The notes below the pieces were generated by a model. It saw nothing but the letters and a program-made list of their open reading frames with translations. It did not search any database and had not been told where the DNA came from. Below are positions 39,994 through 49,683 of a DNA stretch of 64,000 nt, in pieces. Position numbers and translations under genes: made by a program. Origin of the DNA: Myxococcota bacterium (GTDB lineage Bacteria > Myxococcota_A > SURF-8); assembly GCA_965140415.1 (NCBI GenBank), contig OZ223209.1:1920001-1984000 (forward strand). Direction: 5' to 3'. The first letter of the stretch is position 1; every line of letters begins with the position of its first letter.

Positions 39994-41700
39994 ATGATGA
40001 GGAAGATTATGAAGTCGGAAAAACTGCTTCAATTTATAATAGCAGCTGCGTTGTTGGCGGTGTTTTGCATGGGCTGCGAAAGTACCGAGGGAGAGCCTCT
40101 CGATTCGCAGGAACTGGGCCTGTCCAGTTGTGAATTGGATGAGGATTGCGGCGTTGGGCGTTATTGCACGGAAGGGCATTGTCAGGTGGATTGCCTGGAG
40201 CATCCGGACTGTTCCTATTTGGGAAGCGATCTGGCCTGCAACGCGCATGGGCGCTGTTTACCCGATCCATGCGAGATTTCCTGTAGCGAACATGTTGACT
40301 GCGGGGAAGGTGGATATTGCAACAAGGGCTTGGGCCTGTGTGCGCCGTTCTGTCGCGATCAGGGCGATTGCGTAGAGGCGATTCAGAAACATGCCAACTT
40401 CGCCGACTATTGCGGGGATAAAGAACTGGATGAATGCATGGTTTGCTCCGCTTTCGGTGTGTGCATTGCCGAAGATGGCAACGACAGTTGCACCTCGCAT
40501 GACGATTGCGGCCCGGATCGTTTCTGTAATGTCAATGTAGGTTTGTGTGCACCATTCTGCAACGGTCGTGCGGACTGCTTCGATTACTGTGCAGCGACCG
40601 GAGAGTGTAGGAGTGATTGCGAGGCGCTGGCGGCTTGTGAAGCCATCAACATGGATGAAGAGCAGGAACTGTGCTGCGACGATCCTGGCGAGCAACTGGA
40701 ATGTACGGAGTTTCGTCAATGTGTGGAAAAGGCTGTGCTGCAACTGCCGGAAGACGATCCGAACTACATCGATCAAAGCGACCTGGGGAAATTGCTTTGC
40801 CCCAGCTTCGACAGCGTATGCGCCTCCAAAGGTTTTGGTTTCAGTTGCAGCCCCAGCAAAGTTTGCGAGGGTAATGCGGACGAAGTGGATTTCGGGGAAG
40901 TGGATGAGAACTATGCTGCGAGTAACTACGTTGGTATCTGGGGAATTCTGACGGTCACGGCCACCATCTCGGCAGAGGTGCCGATCTACGGCGTGCAGCG
41001 GGTCTATTCGTATCGACTGGAACTGGCGCGCATTACCCACGATAAAGACGATTTGAAGTGGGAGCGGAAAATCTGTTCGCTGGATGTCGCGAATTTCAGT
41101 GAAGATGGCAGCCCGGTGCAATCGCCATCGCGCATCTTGAGTCCACCCAATTATATCCGGGCCTTGGGAATCGTGCCAAATACCATTAGCGATGTCAAAG
41201 CCATTACGGCAGGAACCGTGATCCGCTCTGAGCCTATTTTCGAGGTACGTGGCTGGACGCTGGAAAATCCAAGTTCCTCCGACTACGACAACATGCCCAA
41301 CAAGGATACCTACCTCGCTGGTGATTCGCGGATCTACGACCAGGATCTGGATGGGCGTCCCGGCATGACCAACATTATGGACGGTCTGATTCGTGGCGAG
41401 ATTTACAATGTCTCGATGATGCGCTACCAGTATGATGGAAAAGTGGTGGACGAGGATCATATTGCCGGGTACATTCTACAATTCAAGAATGTGATCAATA
41501 ACTTCGATGCGTCCAAGGAGATTCTGATCCAGAACGTGGCGACCAGTCAGCATCCGGACCAGGAGCGTACCTACTTTCGCATGATGCGCATCCCGGATTC
41601 TTCGTCGTGCAGCGATGTTATCGAGATGGCCAGTATTTCCGGGCACTGGCTATCCAAAACGTATTACCTGGATGATGTGGATGTTTCAGGGACAAAGTAA
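39994..41700 (+). CDS. Cys-rich lipoprotein with an uncharacterised C-terminal domain
   Basis: Lipobox CMG-C; repeated C..DC..G.(Y/F)CN...GLCAPFC modules; DQDLDGRPGMT Ca-binding-like motif. Confidence 0.7.
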   Translation: MMRKIMKSEKLLQFIIAAALLAVFCMGCESTEGEPLDSQELGLSSCELDEDCGVGRYCTEGHCQVDCLEHPDCSYLGSDLACNAHGRCLPDPCEISCSEHVDCGEGGYCNKGLGLCAPFCRDQGDCVEAIQKHANFADYCGDKELDECMVCSAFGVCIAEDGNDSCTSHDDCGPDRFCNVNVGLCAPFCNGRADCFDYCAATGECRSDCEALAACEAINMDEEQELCCDDPGEQLECTEFRQCVEKAVLQLPEDDPNYIDQSDLGKLLCPSFDSVCASKGFGFSCSPSKVCEGNADEVDFGEVDENYAASNYVGIWGILTVTATISAEVPIYGVQRVYSYRLELARITHDKDDLKWERKICSLDVANFSEDGSPVQSPSRILSPPNYIRALGIVPNTISDVKAITAGTVIRSEPIFEVRGWTLENPSSSDYDNMPNKDTYLAGDSRIYDQDLDGRPGMTNIMDGLIRGEIYNVSMMRYQYDGKVVDEDHIAGYILQFKNVINNFDASKEILIQNVATSQHPDQERTYFRMMRIPDSSSCSDVIEMASISGHWLSKTYYLDDVDVSGTK

Positions 41701-41706
41701 AGGAAG

Positions 41707-42678
41707 ATGCAGAGCATGAACCACACGGATCGGCAAACCTACGCGGACACGACCTTAGCTGCATTGATGGAACGCATCCCAGCTATTGCCGAACTCACCG
41801 GAAACCGGGCGCGGATCGATGAACTCTATGCCGCCGTGAAACCGACTCCGTTGGCGTTTCGGGATGGCCGGGTCAATCTGGATGTGTACGAGTCGCAACC
41901 AAATGACCCGGTGCTGATCTTTCATACCGGCATCTGCAACTATTCACGCTTCTACTTCGTCTTTCTTGCGCTTTTAGCAGAGCAAGGATTCAACGTCATC
42001 GCCGTAGATAGGCCCGGCCATGGTTTTTCCGATGGCCTGCGTGGCGATTGCGCGGTGGAAGATGTCAAGGAGTTGATGCCGGCGGTTATCGATTATGCGC
42101 ACAAAACCTACAACGATAAAATCGGGTTATTCGGAACGAGCCTGGGTGGCATCACCACCTTTTATCTGCTGCCGGATATTGAGGGCGTGAAAAGCGCGCT
42201 TTGTCACAACTGGATTTATCCTGGCGAACTGGCGGATCCCAAGAAATGGCTGCTGAACGCGGTTTTGCGACAGCTTAACAAAATCAAGCCCCGCATGGCG
42301 ATCCCGGTTCGAAAGCTGGTCGATCCGAAAAAAGTGCAGGATCTTTCCGCCCAGCAACCGCTGGTGCGCTATTTCGAAAGCATTCACAACGATCCGATTT
42401 ATTGCCAGTCGCTTACCCTGCGCTCGGTGGCCTCATATTTCGGTGGCTATCAACCGCTAAACGAATATGGCAGCGTTGACTTACCCGTACTGGGACTGAT
42501 TTCCGAATATGAAAAAGTGCTGCCGTTACAAACCAGCCGGCAATGGTGGGCGCGTGCAGCTATCCCGAATAGCGAAATCAAAATTATCGAAAAAAGCAAG
42601 CACATGATCTTCCACGACGCAATCCCGGCGGTTCTACCGATCGTTGCAGACTGGTTCAAGAAAACCCTGAATGCATAG
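41707..42678 (+). CDS. Alpha/beta hydrolase (monoacylglycerol lipase/lysophospholipase-like)
   Basis: DRPGHGFSDGLRG, GTSLGG nucleophile elbow, C-terminal HMIFHD. Confidence 0.82.
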   Translation: MQSMNHTDRQTYADTTLAALMERIPAIAELTGNRARIDELYAAVKPTPLAFRDGRVNLDVYESQPNDPVLIFHTGICNYSRFYFVFLALLAEQGFNVIAVDRPGHGFSDGLRGDCAVEDVKELMPAVIDYAHKTYNDKIGLFGTSLGGITTFYLLPDIEGVKSALCHNWIYPGELADPKKWLLNAVLRQLNKIKPRMAIPVRKLVDPKKVQDLSAQQPLVRYFESIHNDPIYCQSLTLRSVASYFGGYQPLNEYGSVDLPVLGLISEYEKVLPLQTSRQWWARAAIPNSEIKIIEKSKHMIFHDAIPAVLPIVADWFKKTLNA

Positions 42679-42691
42679 GAGCGTTTTCGCG

Positions 42692-43729
42692 ATGCAAAAA
42701 AACGAATTGAAACCCGCACCGGAAAAACTGGTATCTTCCAATGGACTAGCTCCCTTTGGAACTTACGCCGGTCCTCTGCCGGTGATCAATGCGCAGGATT
42801 TCGATTACAGCAAGTTAAAGGCGCTTCCTTTCCCGCTAGGCATCGGGGGAAAGAGCACGCGTTTCAAGCGCTGGCAGTTTTATGGTGTGATCGACGAAAA
42901 CCTGGTGTTGGGTGCGGCCATCGCACACGTACAGTACCTGGCGACCGGCTTTGCATACGTCTACGATCGCAATAGCAGAGAGATCGTGGAATGCAATATC
43001 AAAAAACCCCTTGCCAAGGGTACGATCTTTTCTCAATCGGCCAATGATGGTATCAGCGAAATCGTAAAAGGAAAAACGAGCATTCGCAGTGACAACAGCG
43101 ATGCATACGACGACCGCCATTTGTGGGTCGATTTCGGTCCGACCTTATCGGCGGATGTCGTTTTCTCCGAACCAGGCACCGGCGTTTCGGCGCTTTGCCC
43201 GCAGGATACAAACGGATTTCACTATACCTACAAATCCGCCGGGCAGTTGGCTAAGGGTGTCGTTAACGTAAACGACAAAGAATATCGCTTGTCCGAAAAT
43301 GCGCTGGCTTTGTTCGATTGGACGGCGTCCACCGCACCGCGCGCGACAACCTGGAACTGGGCCTGCGCCGTTGGCCACGATGCGCAAGGACGTCCAATCG
43401 GCATCAATTGTTCCAAGGGTTTGGTTGGCGGTCCATATAGCCAGAATACGATCTGGCTGGACGGCGAGCCTTGCGTCCTTAGCGGCGTCTCCTTCGATTA
43501 CAATTCAGAAAAGATTTTAACAGAGCCTTGGCGCGTGCACACCGACGACGGTAATCTGGATTTAGCTTTCGAGCCGGGTACCGAGCGCTACGAAAAAATA
43601 AATATTGGTTTGGTCGCAAGTAGCCTGCATCAACCTTTTGGAACATTCAAAGGCACTCTGGTGCATCACGGAAACGCCTTCGAGGCCGAATTATTCGGTT
43701 TCTGCGAAGAACATTACGCCAAGTGGTAA
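42692..43729 (+). CDS. DUF2804 family protein
   Basis: RFKRWQF, FHYTYK, LFDW, TTWNWA, N.IWLDG, QPFGTFKG, GFCEEHYAKW. Confidence 0.8.
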   Translation: MQKNELKPAPEKLVSSNGLAPFGTYAGPLPVINAQDFDYSKLKALPFPLGIGGKSTRFKRWQFYGVIDENLVLGAAIAHVQYLATGFAYVYDRNSREIVECNIKKPLAKGTIFSQSANDGISEIVKGKTSIRSDNSDAYDDRHLWVDFGPTLSADVVFSEPGTGVSALCPQDTNGFHYTYKSAGQLAKGVVNVNDKEYRLSENALALFDWTASTAPRATTWNWACAVGHDAQGRPIGINCSKGLVGGPYSQNTIWLDGEPCVLSGVSFDYNSEKILTEPWRVHTDDGNLDLAFEPGTERYEKINIGLVASSLHQPFGTFKGTLVHHGNAFEAELFGFCEEHYAKW

Positions 43730-43730
43730 C

Positions 43731-45029
43731 ATGAATATCGAACTGAATTATGGAAAATCCGGCTACACGTTGTGTTTACCGGAGGATTTGGATGTTACGG
43801 TGATTCGAAAGCGTCCGATGCGGTCGTTAACCGACCCGGAGCTAACGCTTTCTAAGGTCTTGAATGCACCTCTTGCTGCCGCAGAGTTAGACAAGGTTAT
43901 CACTAAAGACACCAACGTCTGCATCGTAATCTGCGATGATACCCGTCCTGTGCCTAACGGCCTGATTCTTCCAATTCTGCTGAAGAAAATCGTTGCGGCA
44001 GGTGGGCGCTTGGAAAATATTAGCATTCTTGTCGCTACCGGTCTGCATGAACCGCTAAAAGAGGAAGCATTAAGGCGAACTGTCGGGAACGATGAGGTCT
44101 TCAGGCAGGTTCGGGTAGTCAATCACGATGCCAAAGATAAACACACGCACGAAATGCTCGGAAGCACCAGCAGCGGGATACCTACCTGTCTGGATAAGCG
44201 TTTTACCGGCGCGGATGTGCGTGTGATCGTTGGTTTGGTGGAGCCGCATTTTATGGCGGGTTACTCGGGCGGGCGCAAATTGATCGCTCCCGGTATCGCC
44301 TCGGCGGAAACGATTTCTTACCTTCACGCCTACAGCATTCTCAGCCAGCCGAAAGCGACGAATTGCATTCTGGATGGAAATCCGCTGCACGCCGCACAAT
44401 TGGAAATCGCCGCTAAATTTGAAAATTGCTACGCGGTGAATGTGGTTTTGGACGAGCAGCGAAACGTCTGTTTTCTGAATTTCGGGGATCTCGTACAAAG
44501 CCATGCCGAGGCGGTGAAATATTTCAGGGAATACGGAGAAATCGAGTTGGAGCGGCAATATCGTACCGTAATTACTACGGCTGCCGGGCAACCGCTCGAT
44601 AATACCTATTATCAAACGATTAAAGGCATGGTCGGCGCGAAGCAGGCGTTAATGAAAAACGGGCGCATGTTCGTTGCCTCTCGTTGTGAAAAGGGTTTTG
44701 GCTCAATGATGTTTCGTGATGCGCAACGGCGTCTCGTGAAGCTTGGAGCTGCCGCATTTTTAAGCGAGCTACAGAAGAAAATCAAGGCGGATATCGACGA
44801 ATGGCAAACGCAGTTGCTTGCCGATGTGATGCTGCGCGGGTCGTTCGGATTGTATAGCGAAGGCTTGAGCGAAGAGGATCGAAAGCTGACCGGAGGGGAG
44901 GATCTACCTAATCTGGAATCGGCTATTTTAAGCTGGGTTAAAGAATGCGGCGATAAGCGAGTGGCCGTGATTCCGGAAGGCCCCTACGTGATTCCGCTCT
45001 ATCACTCACATGAATCGAATTCGAAATAA
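43731..45029 (+). CDS. Nickel-pincer-dependent lactate racemase (LarA) family protein
   Basis: ELNYG, DDTRP, ATGLH, NHDA, PHFMAGYSGGRK, YYQTIKG, IPEGPY. ATG 43731 directly follows the upstream stop. Confidence 0.88.
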   Translation: MNIELNYGKSGYTLCLPEDLDVTVIRKRPMRSLTDPELTLSKVLNAPLAAAELDKVITKDTNVCIVICDDTRPVPNGLILPILLKKIVAAGGRLENISILVATGLHEPLKEEALRRTVGNDEVFRQVRVVNHDAKDKHTHEMLGSTSSGIPTCLDKRFTGADVRVIVGLVEPHFMAGYSGGRKLIAPGIASAETISYLHAYSILSQPKATNCILDGNPLHAAQLEIAAKFENCYAVNVVLDEQRNVCFLNFGDLVQSHAEAVKYFREYGEIELERQYRTVITTAAGQPLDNTYYQTIKGMVGAKQALMKNGRMFVASRCEKGFGSMMFRDAQRRLVKLGAAAFLSELQKKIKADIDEWQTQLLADVMLRGSFGLYSEGLSEEDRKLTGGEDLPNLESAILSWVKECGDKRVAVIPEGPYVIPLYHSHESNSK

Positions 45030-46363
45030 TGACCGATTATCGCACGATACTGCAAGGCATCTTTTCTCATGCGCTGGATGCCGTCAAAACGGATCGAGCC
45101 GTACAGCGGCATTTGTTGCGTGATGGCGAAACGCTGAGAATCGGTGCGGACGAGTACGATCTGCGCAAATATAAAAGCGTGCAGGTTGTGGGCGGTGGTA
45201 AAGGTGCAGCCCCGATGGCGGCGGCGCTGGAAGAATTGCTGGGCGATAAAATCACCGGCGGCGATGTCGTTGTCAAAGACGCCCACACGCTGCCATTGAA
45301 AACGATTACTCTTTGGGAAGCGGCGCATCCGGTACCGGATCAACGAGGAGTTGATGCGGCGCAAGTCATTTTGCGTCGATTGCACCAATGCTCGAAAGAC
45401 GATCTGGTAATCAATTGTATTACCGGTGGAAGCAGTGCGCTATTGATTTCTCCAGCCGGAAAACTGACTCTGGTGCACAAGCAGCGGCTTTCCGAAGTGT
45501 TGTTGCAGTGCGGGGCGACGATCCACGAAATCAACACGATTCGCAAGCATGTATCGGCAATAAAGGGTGGATGGCTGGCGCAAGCCGCAAATCCCGCTAA
45601 GGTGCTGTCGTTGATCGTTTCAGACGTCATCGGCGACGATCTTTCCGTCATCGGTTCCGGGCCTGGCGTTCCCGATCCATCCCGATTCGAAGATTGCCTG
45701 CGAATGATCGATTCCTATGGAATTTCCGAAGAGTTGCCTGTTGAGATCATGGATCATCTAAAACGGGGCAGGGCAGGCGAGATTGCGGAAACGCCTAAAG
45801 GCAAAGACGGACGGTTTGTGAATGCGAGCAATCATTTGATCGCAACCAACGAATTGGCCCTGGCGGCGATGCACAAAGCTGCACAAGAAGCGGGCGCGGA
45901 AGTCGAAATCATCAGTTCCAGGATGGAGGGCGAGGCGCGGGAAGTTGCTGTTAAACTTGCCGAGATCGCAAAAAACAGAGCGACGAGTCGCGCAAGAGCG
46001 AAACGCCCCTTGTGGCTTTTGGCTGGAGGAGAAACCACAGTCACGCTTAACGGTAACGGCAAAGGCGGTCGCAATCAGGAAATGGCGCTGGCTATGGCTA
46101 TCGAACTGGAAGGAACGCGAGGTATTCACGCTCTGTGCGCGGGCACGGACGGCAGCGACGGTCCCACCGATGCTGCCGGAGCGTTTGCACATGGCGACAC
46201 GCTTTCTATTGCAGATCGAAAAGGTCTATCCGCCCGTGAGTATCTTGCCAATAACGATTCCTATTCGTTTTTCGAGCAAATCGATGACCTGTTCATCACC
46301 GGTCCCACGCTGACCAACGTGATGGATCTGATTATTGTGTCGATCCAACCTGAAAGCACATAA
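45029..46363 (+). CDS. Glycerate 2-kinase (MOFRL family)
   Basis: GGGKGA, AAHPVPD, TGGSSAL, SDVIGDD..IGSGP, GGETTV, GGRNQE, GTDGSDG, TGPTLTNVMD. Confidence 0.92.
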   Translation: MTDYRTILQGIFSHALDAVKTDRAVQRHLLRDGETLRIGADEYDLRKYKSVQVVGGGKGAAPMAAALEELLGDKITGGDVVVKDAHTLPLKTITLWEAAHPVPDQRGVDAAQVILRRLHQCSKDDLVINCITGGSSALLISPAGKLTLVHKQRLSEVLLQCGATIHEINTIRKHVSAIKGGWLAQAANPAKVLSLIVSDVIGDDLSVIGSGPGVPDPSRFEDCLRMIDSYGISEELPVEIMDHLKRGRAGEIAETPKGKDGRFVNASNHLIATNELALAAMHKAAQEAGAEVEIISSRMEGEAREVAVKLAEIAKNRATSRARAKRPLWLLAGGETTVTLNGNGKGGRNQEMALAMAIELEGTRGIHALCAGTDGSDGPTDAAGAFAHGDTLSIADRKGLSAREYLANNDSYSFFEQIDDLFITGPTLTNVMDLIIVSIQPEST

Positions 46364-46422
46364 CGGCTATCGTTGCATCATTCCGTTATACGTTATCGTT
46401 TCCCTCCGGTTCGCCTGAAAGC

Positions 46423-49400
46423 CTACTTCGTACCCGGTAAGGTATAGTGATGGAATCGTCCGCCGTTGACAGCCGGATCATTGTCGTATCCCATCTTTTC
46501 GAAGTCCGAACGCTTCCGTTTCGCCTTGCTCGCAGGGTAGTGTGGACCGATCAGGCTGTCGCTGTCGAAACCGGGCTGTTCGCCATGGCAGCGAGCACAG
46601 GTTACTGCCGGTTTCGAGTGACAGTCTGCACAGCCAAGCGCCTGACTGGCTGGAACCACTTCATGGTTGATCGCCCAGAACATATCCGCTTTGCCGAAGC
46701 CGACTTCGCCCGAGAATGGTTCACCGTATAGTTCCATACCGGCGGTCAGGCTCTTTTTCCAGTCGAAGTCTTTCCAGAAACCCATCCACAAATTCGGGAC
46801 GGCGAAAACCTTACGCTTGGCATCCATGGGAATGACCGCCGAATAGCATTTGAAGGGATACAACTTCGCGTTTGGATCGTCGATCAAACCGACCGGTGCA
46901 TTCAGCAGGGTCGGTTTGTTCGGATCTTCAACTTTATCTCCCAGCAAATAGCGAGTGTGAGTTCCATCGTACCAACTCACGCAGGGATCGACGAACATCC
47001 CCCATTTGAAAGTACCTTTCTTGTTGTTGTAGTTCGGCATGCCGTATTCATCTTTTTCCACCGGCAGATTCTTACCCGCCGACGACCAGTCCCAGAACAT
47101 TTTCGTCGGTGTTTTCTTGGCGAACTGCGGAATGTGGCAGGTCTGACAGGCAACGCTACGCCCATGTTTATCAAGGTGATAGCCGATTTCAAGGTTCATG
47201 CTGTGTGGAGTGTCGCCGTGGCACTGTTCGCAGTTCACCCGACCTTCGCTTGTCGGTATCGCCAGGCACTGTCCGGCAATACGATGCTCCTTGGTTCGGT
47301 GGCAATCCTGACAATCCATTCCGGCGCGCCCCATATGAACATCGAAGTCATCCGGCGGATCGATCAGCGTCGGCTCTAGATCGCCATGTTTGACGTTTGC
47401 ACCGCCTCCACCATTGAAATGGCAACGTCCACAGGTCTGACGGGATGTTTTGCCTACGTGCTGCGCAACTTGAACCGTATTGACTTCCGCTTTCGGCATG
47501 CCGCCATTGGGAGCGTCTTTGCCATAGGTGCCGGTAGTGTCGTGGCAGACCAGGCAATCGATGTTTGCCGGGTTATTGAAATCGAAGCTGTCATCCTTCC
47601 AACCATAGCCGATGTGACACTGAGAACAACGCGCTTCGTTCGAGCGCACATGGATGCAGTAATTGTTGATCACGTTTTTCTTGCCCAGGTCCGTTCGATG
47701 TTCGTAGCCTTTGGTATTGGGAGAGGCTCCCTGCCAGTTCCAGTGTGCGGAAGAGAGAATCTCTTGTCCCACATTCTCGTGACATTCCAAACATCGCGCG
47801 GTGATCTCCTGCGGTTCGGGCTTACCGGAAAACTGGACGAATTCCTCATGATTGGGTGTGCGCTTGGCATGACACCCGGTGCAGTCGGTCGGCGCATTCT
47901 CCGATGCCGATTCCATATGACAGTTCACGCACTGCTCGTGATACGCCCCCTTCAAGCCCGGACGCATCGGTGCATCTGTTTCGTTTGGATATTGATGACA
48001 GGCCGCACAGGAAGCGGGTTTGCGGTTGTCCATATCGGAGAATGCAAGCTCCTCCCCAATACGGTCATTGTCGTCTTTTTGAACACGATGATGACAGACG
48101 CTACAGTTTCCATCCAGGCGAGATGCATGCGCTTTATGCATGAAACGCACGGGGTCGTAATCGTTGATTTTCTCGTTTGTCTGGTGACGATCGATCAATA
48201 GAGTCGCCGGCATCGTTTCTGCCGAGAAGGAAAGTATTTCTGCAATGGCGATTGGATCCTGGTGCGTTTCCTCTTTCTGGGCTGCCTTGGTAAAGACGGT
48301 CCTGTTCGGTCCGGCAACAGACGACTTGATTCCGCTCTGATGTACTACGGCATAAAGAGCCACGAAAGATAGCATCACAAGCACAGCCAGTCCGCGTGCA
48401 AACCATGCGAGTTTCGGAGCTTTGCGCTGCCGCACTTCGCATTCCTTTTCGCGTAGGTTGAAATCTTTCTGATCGAGAACGGGAAAATAATAGGCGAAAA
48501 AGCGGTACAGGAAAACGATGGTTGCGATCAGACCCAACGTAACCGAAATCTCTCCGATTGCCGGGAAGTAGCCACCCTCACCGAATGGAGGATGAAAGCC
48601 GACGATAAACACGTTGATGCGGTTGAGCAACACACCCATAATGATCGACGTTACCGCGAGGAATAACCAGCCTGTTGAACGTCGCACGGATTTTTGTAGC
48701 AGCATGACGAAGGGAATTACGATGCCGATTCCAAGTTCCACGAACAATGCCGCCGTATCCGTTGGCCGGGCATAGAAATCGAGCTGGTCCCAGCGCAGGA
48801 ACAGATCGCCGAATTTGACCAATGCATACAGACCGAGAAACCATGGAATCAGGCGCGACAATGGTGTGAGAACGTCCATTTCTACTTTGCGGTTAAACGA
48901 TCTGGCGGCAAGAATGGATTCGAAAATCACCATCGGGAACCCGACCATGATGGCAGAGAGCAAAAACAGGATAGGCAGAATCGGCGTCCACCAAAGAGCA
49001 CTCAGTTTCGTCGGCGCAATCAGCATAAGCGATCCGAGCGAGGACTGGTGCATGAAGGACAACACGACCCCGGCGATAATGAAGATCGGCAATACGCGGC
49101 AAATCATCAGGTGCAGGCTGTTCAGAGGTTTTTGCATCCTCGAAGCGAATCGACCGAGAAGGCTGGTTTCGCCGACCCTGTGAAGAATTCCCTCAAGAAT
49201 CGCAGGCGAGAACTCCATGGTCAGCACCGTCAGATAAAACATCACGCACATACCGACTTCGAACAGTACCGAATTTCCCTGCCAGTAAATCGCTGGATGC
49301 CAGATGTTGTAATAGCGACCCAGGTCGAACATCAACCCGGCGCCGACAAAGCTATATCCAAGCCAGGCTGTTAGAAGCGCGGGGCGTTCCAGTACGTGAT

Positions 49401-49647
49401 ACTTTTTACGACCGAAAATATTCACCAGTGCAGCGGTGGTGAATCCCCCGGCTGCCAATGCGACCCCTGAAGCGACATCAACCCCGATCCAGATTCCCCA
49501 GGGGTACTGATCGGTCAAATTGGTGACGGGACCAAGGCCGGTTATGAATCGAGCCAATCCAAACAGATAACCCAGAGCCATAACGGCGAGCAGGACATAA
49601 GCACCCGGCGTCCAGAATCGAATCGGTTTTTTATTTTCCATTGTCAT
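46423..49647 (-). CDS. Fusion: NrfD/HybB membrane subunit + tetraheme c3-like domain + octaheme tetrathionate-reductase-like cytochrome (13 CxxCH)
   Basis: TNLTDQYPWGIWIG, DLGR, SVLFEV, HQSSLGSL (HybB/HmcC); FMHKAH + 4 CxxCH, GLKGAYH (c3-like); HWNW, GKKNVINNYC, CHIGYGW, KHGDL, VACQTCHIP, INHEV (OTR). Confidence 0.88.
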   Translation of the reverse strand: MTMENKKPIRFWTPGAYVLLAVMALGYLFGLARFITGLGPVTNLTDQYPWGIWIGVDVASGVALAAGGFTTAALVNIFGRKKYHVLERPALLTAWLGYSFVGAGLMFDLGRYYNIWHPAIYWQGNSVLFEVGMCVMFYLTVLTMEFSPAILEGILHRVGETSLLGRFASRMQKPLNSLHLMICRVLPIFIIAGVVLSFMHQSSLGSLMLIAPTKLSALWWTPILPILFLLSAIMVGFPMVIFESILAARSFNRKVEMDVLTPLSRLIPWFLGLYALVKFGDLFLRWDQLDFYARPTDTAALFVELGIGIVIPFVMLLQKSVRRSTGWLFLAVTSIIMGVLLNRINVFIVGFHPPFGEGGYFPAIGEISVTLGLIATIVFLYRFFAYYFPVLDQKDFNLREKECEVRQRKAPKLAWFARGLAVLVMLSFVALYAVVHQSGIKSSVAGPNRTVFTKAAQKEETHQDPIAIAEILSFSAETMPATLLIDRHQTNEKINDYDPVRFMHKAHASRLDGNCSVCHHRVQKDDNDRIGEELAFSDMDNRKPASCAACHQYPNETDAPMRPGLKGAYHEQCVNCHMESASENAPTDCTGCHAKRTPNHEEFVQFSGKPEPQEITARCLECHENVGQEILSSAHWNWQGASPNTKGYEHRTDLGKKNVINNYCIHVRSNEARCSQCHIGYGWKDDSFDFNNPANIDCLVCHDTTGTYGKDAPNGGMPKAEVNTVQVAQHVGKTSRQTCGRCHFNGGGGANVKHGDLEPTLIDPPDDFDVHMGRAGMDCQDCHRTKEHRIAGQCLAIPTSEGRVNCEQCHGDTPHSMNLEIGYHLDKHGRSVACQTCHIPQFAKKTPTKMFWDWSSAGKNLPVEKDEYGMPNYNNKKGTFKWGMFVDPCVSWYDGTHTRYLLGDKVEDPNKPTLLNAPVGLIDDPNAKLYPFKCYSAVIPMDAKRKVFAVPNLWMGFWKDFDWKKSLTAGMELYGEPFSGEVGFGKADMFWAINHEVVPASQALGCADCHSKPAVTCARCHGEQPGFDSDSLIGPHYPASKAKRKRSDFEKMGYDNDPAVNGGRFHHYTLPGTK

Positions 49648-49683
49648 TTGCTCTTCGCTTGTGCGTGAAAAAATGGTTTTCGT

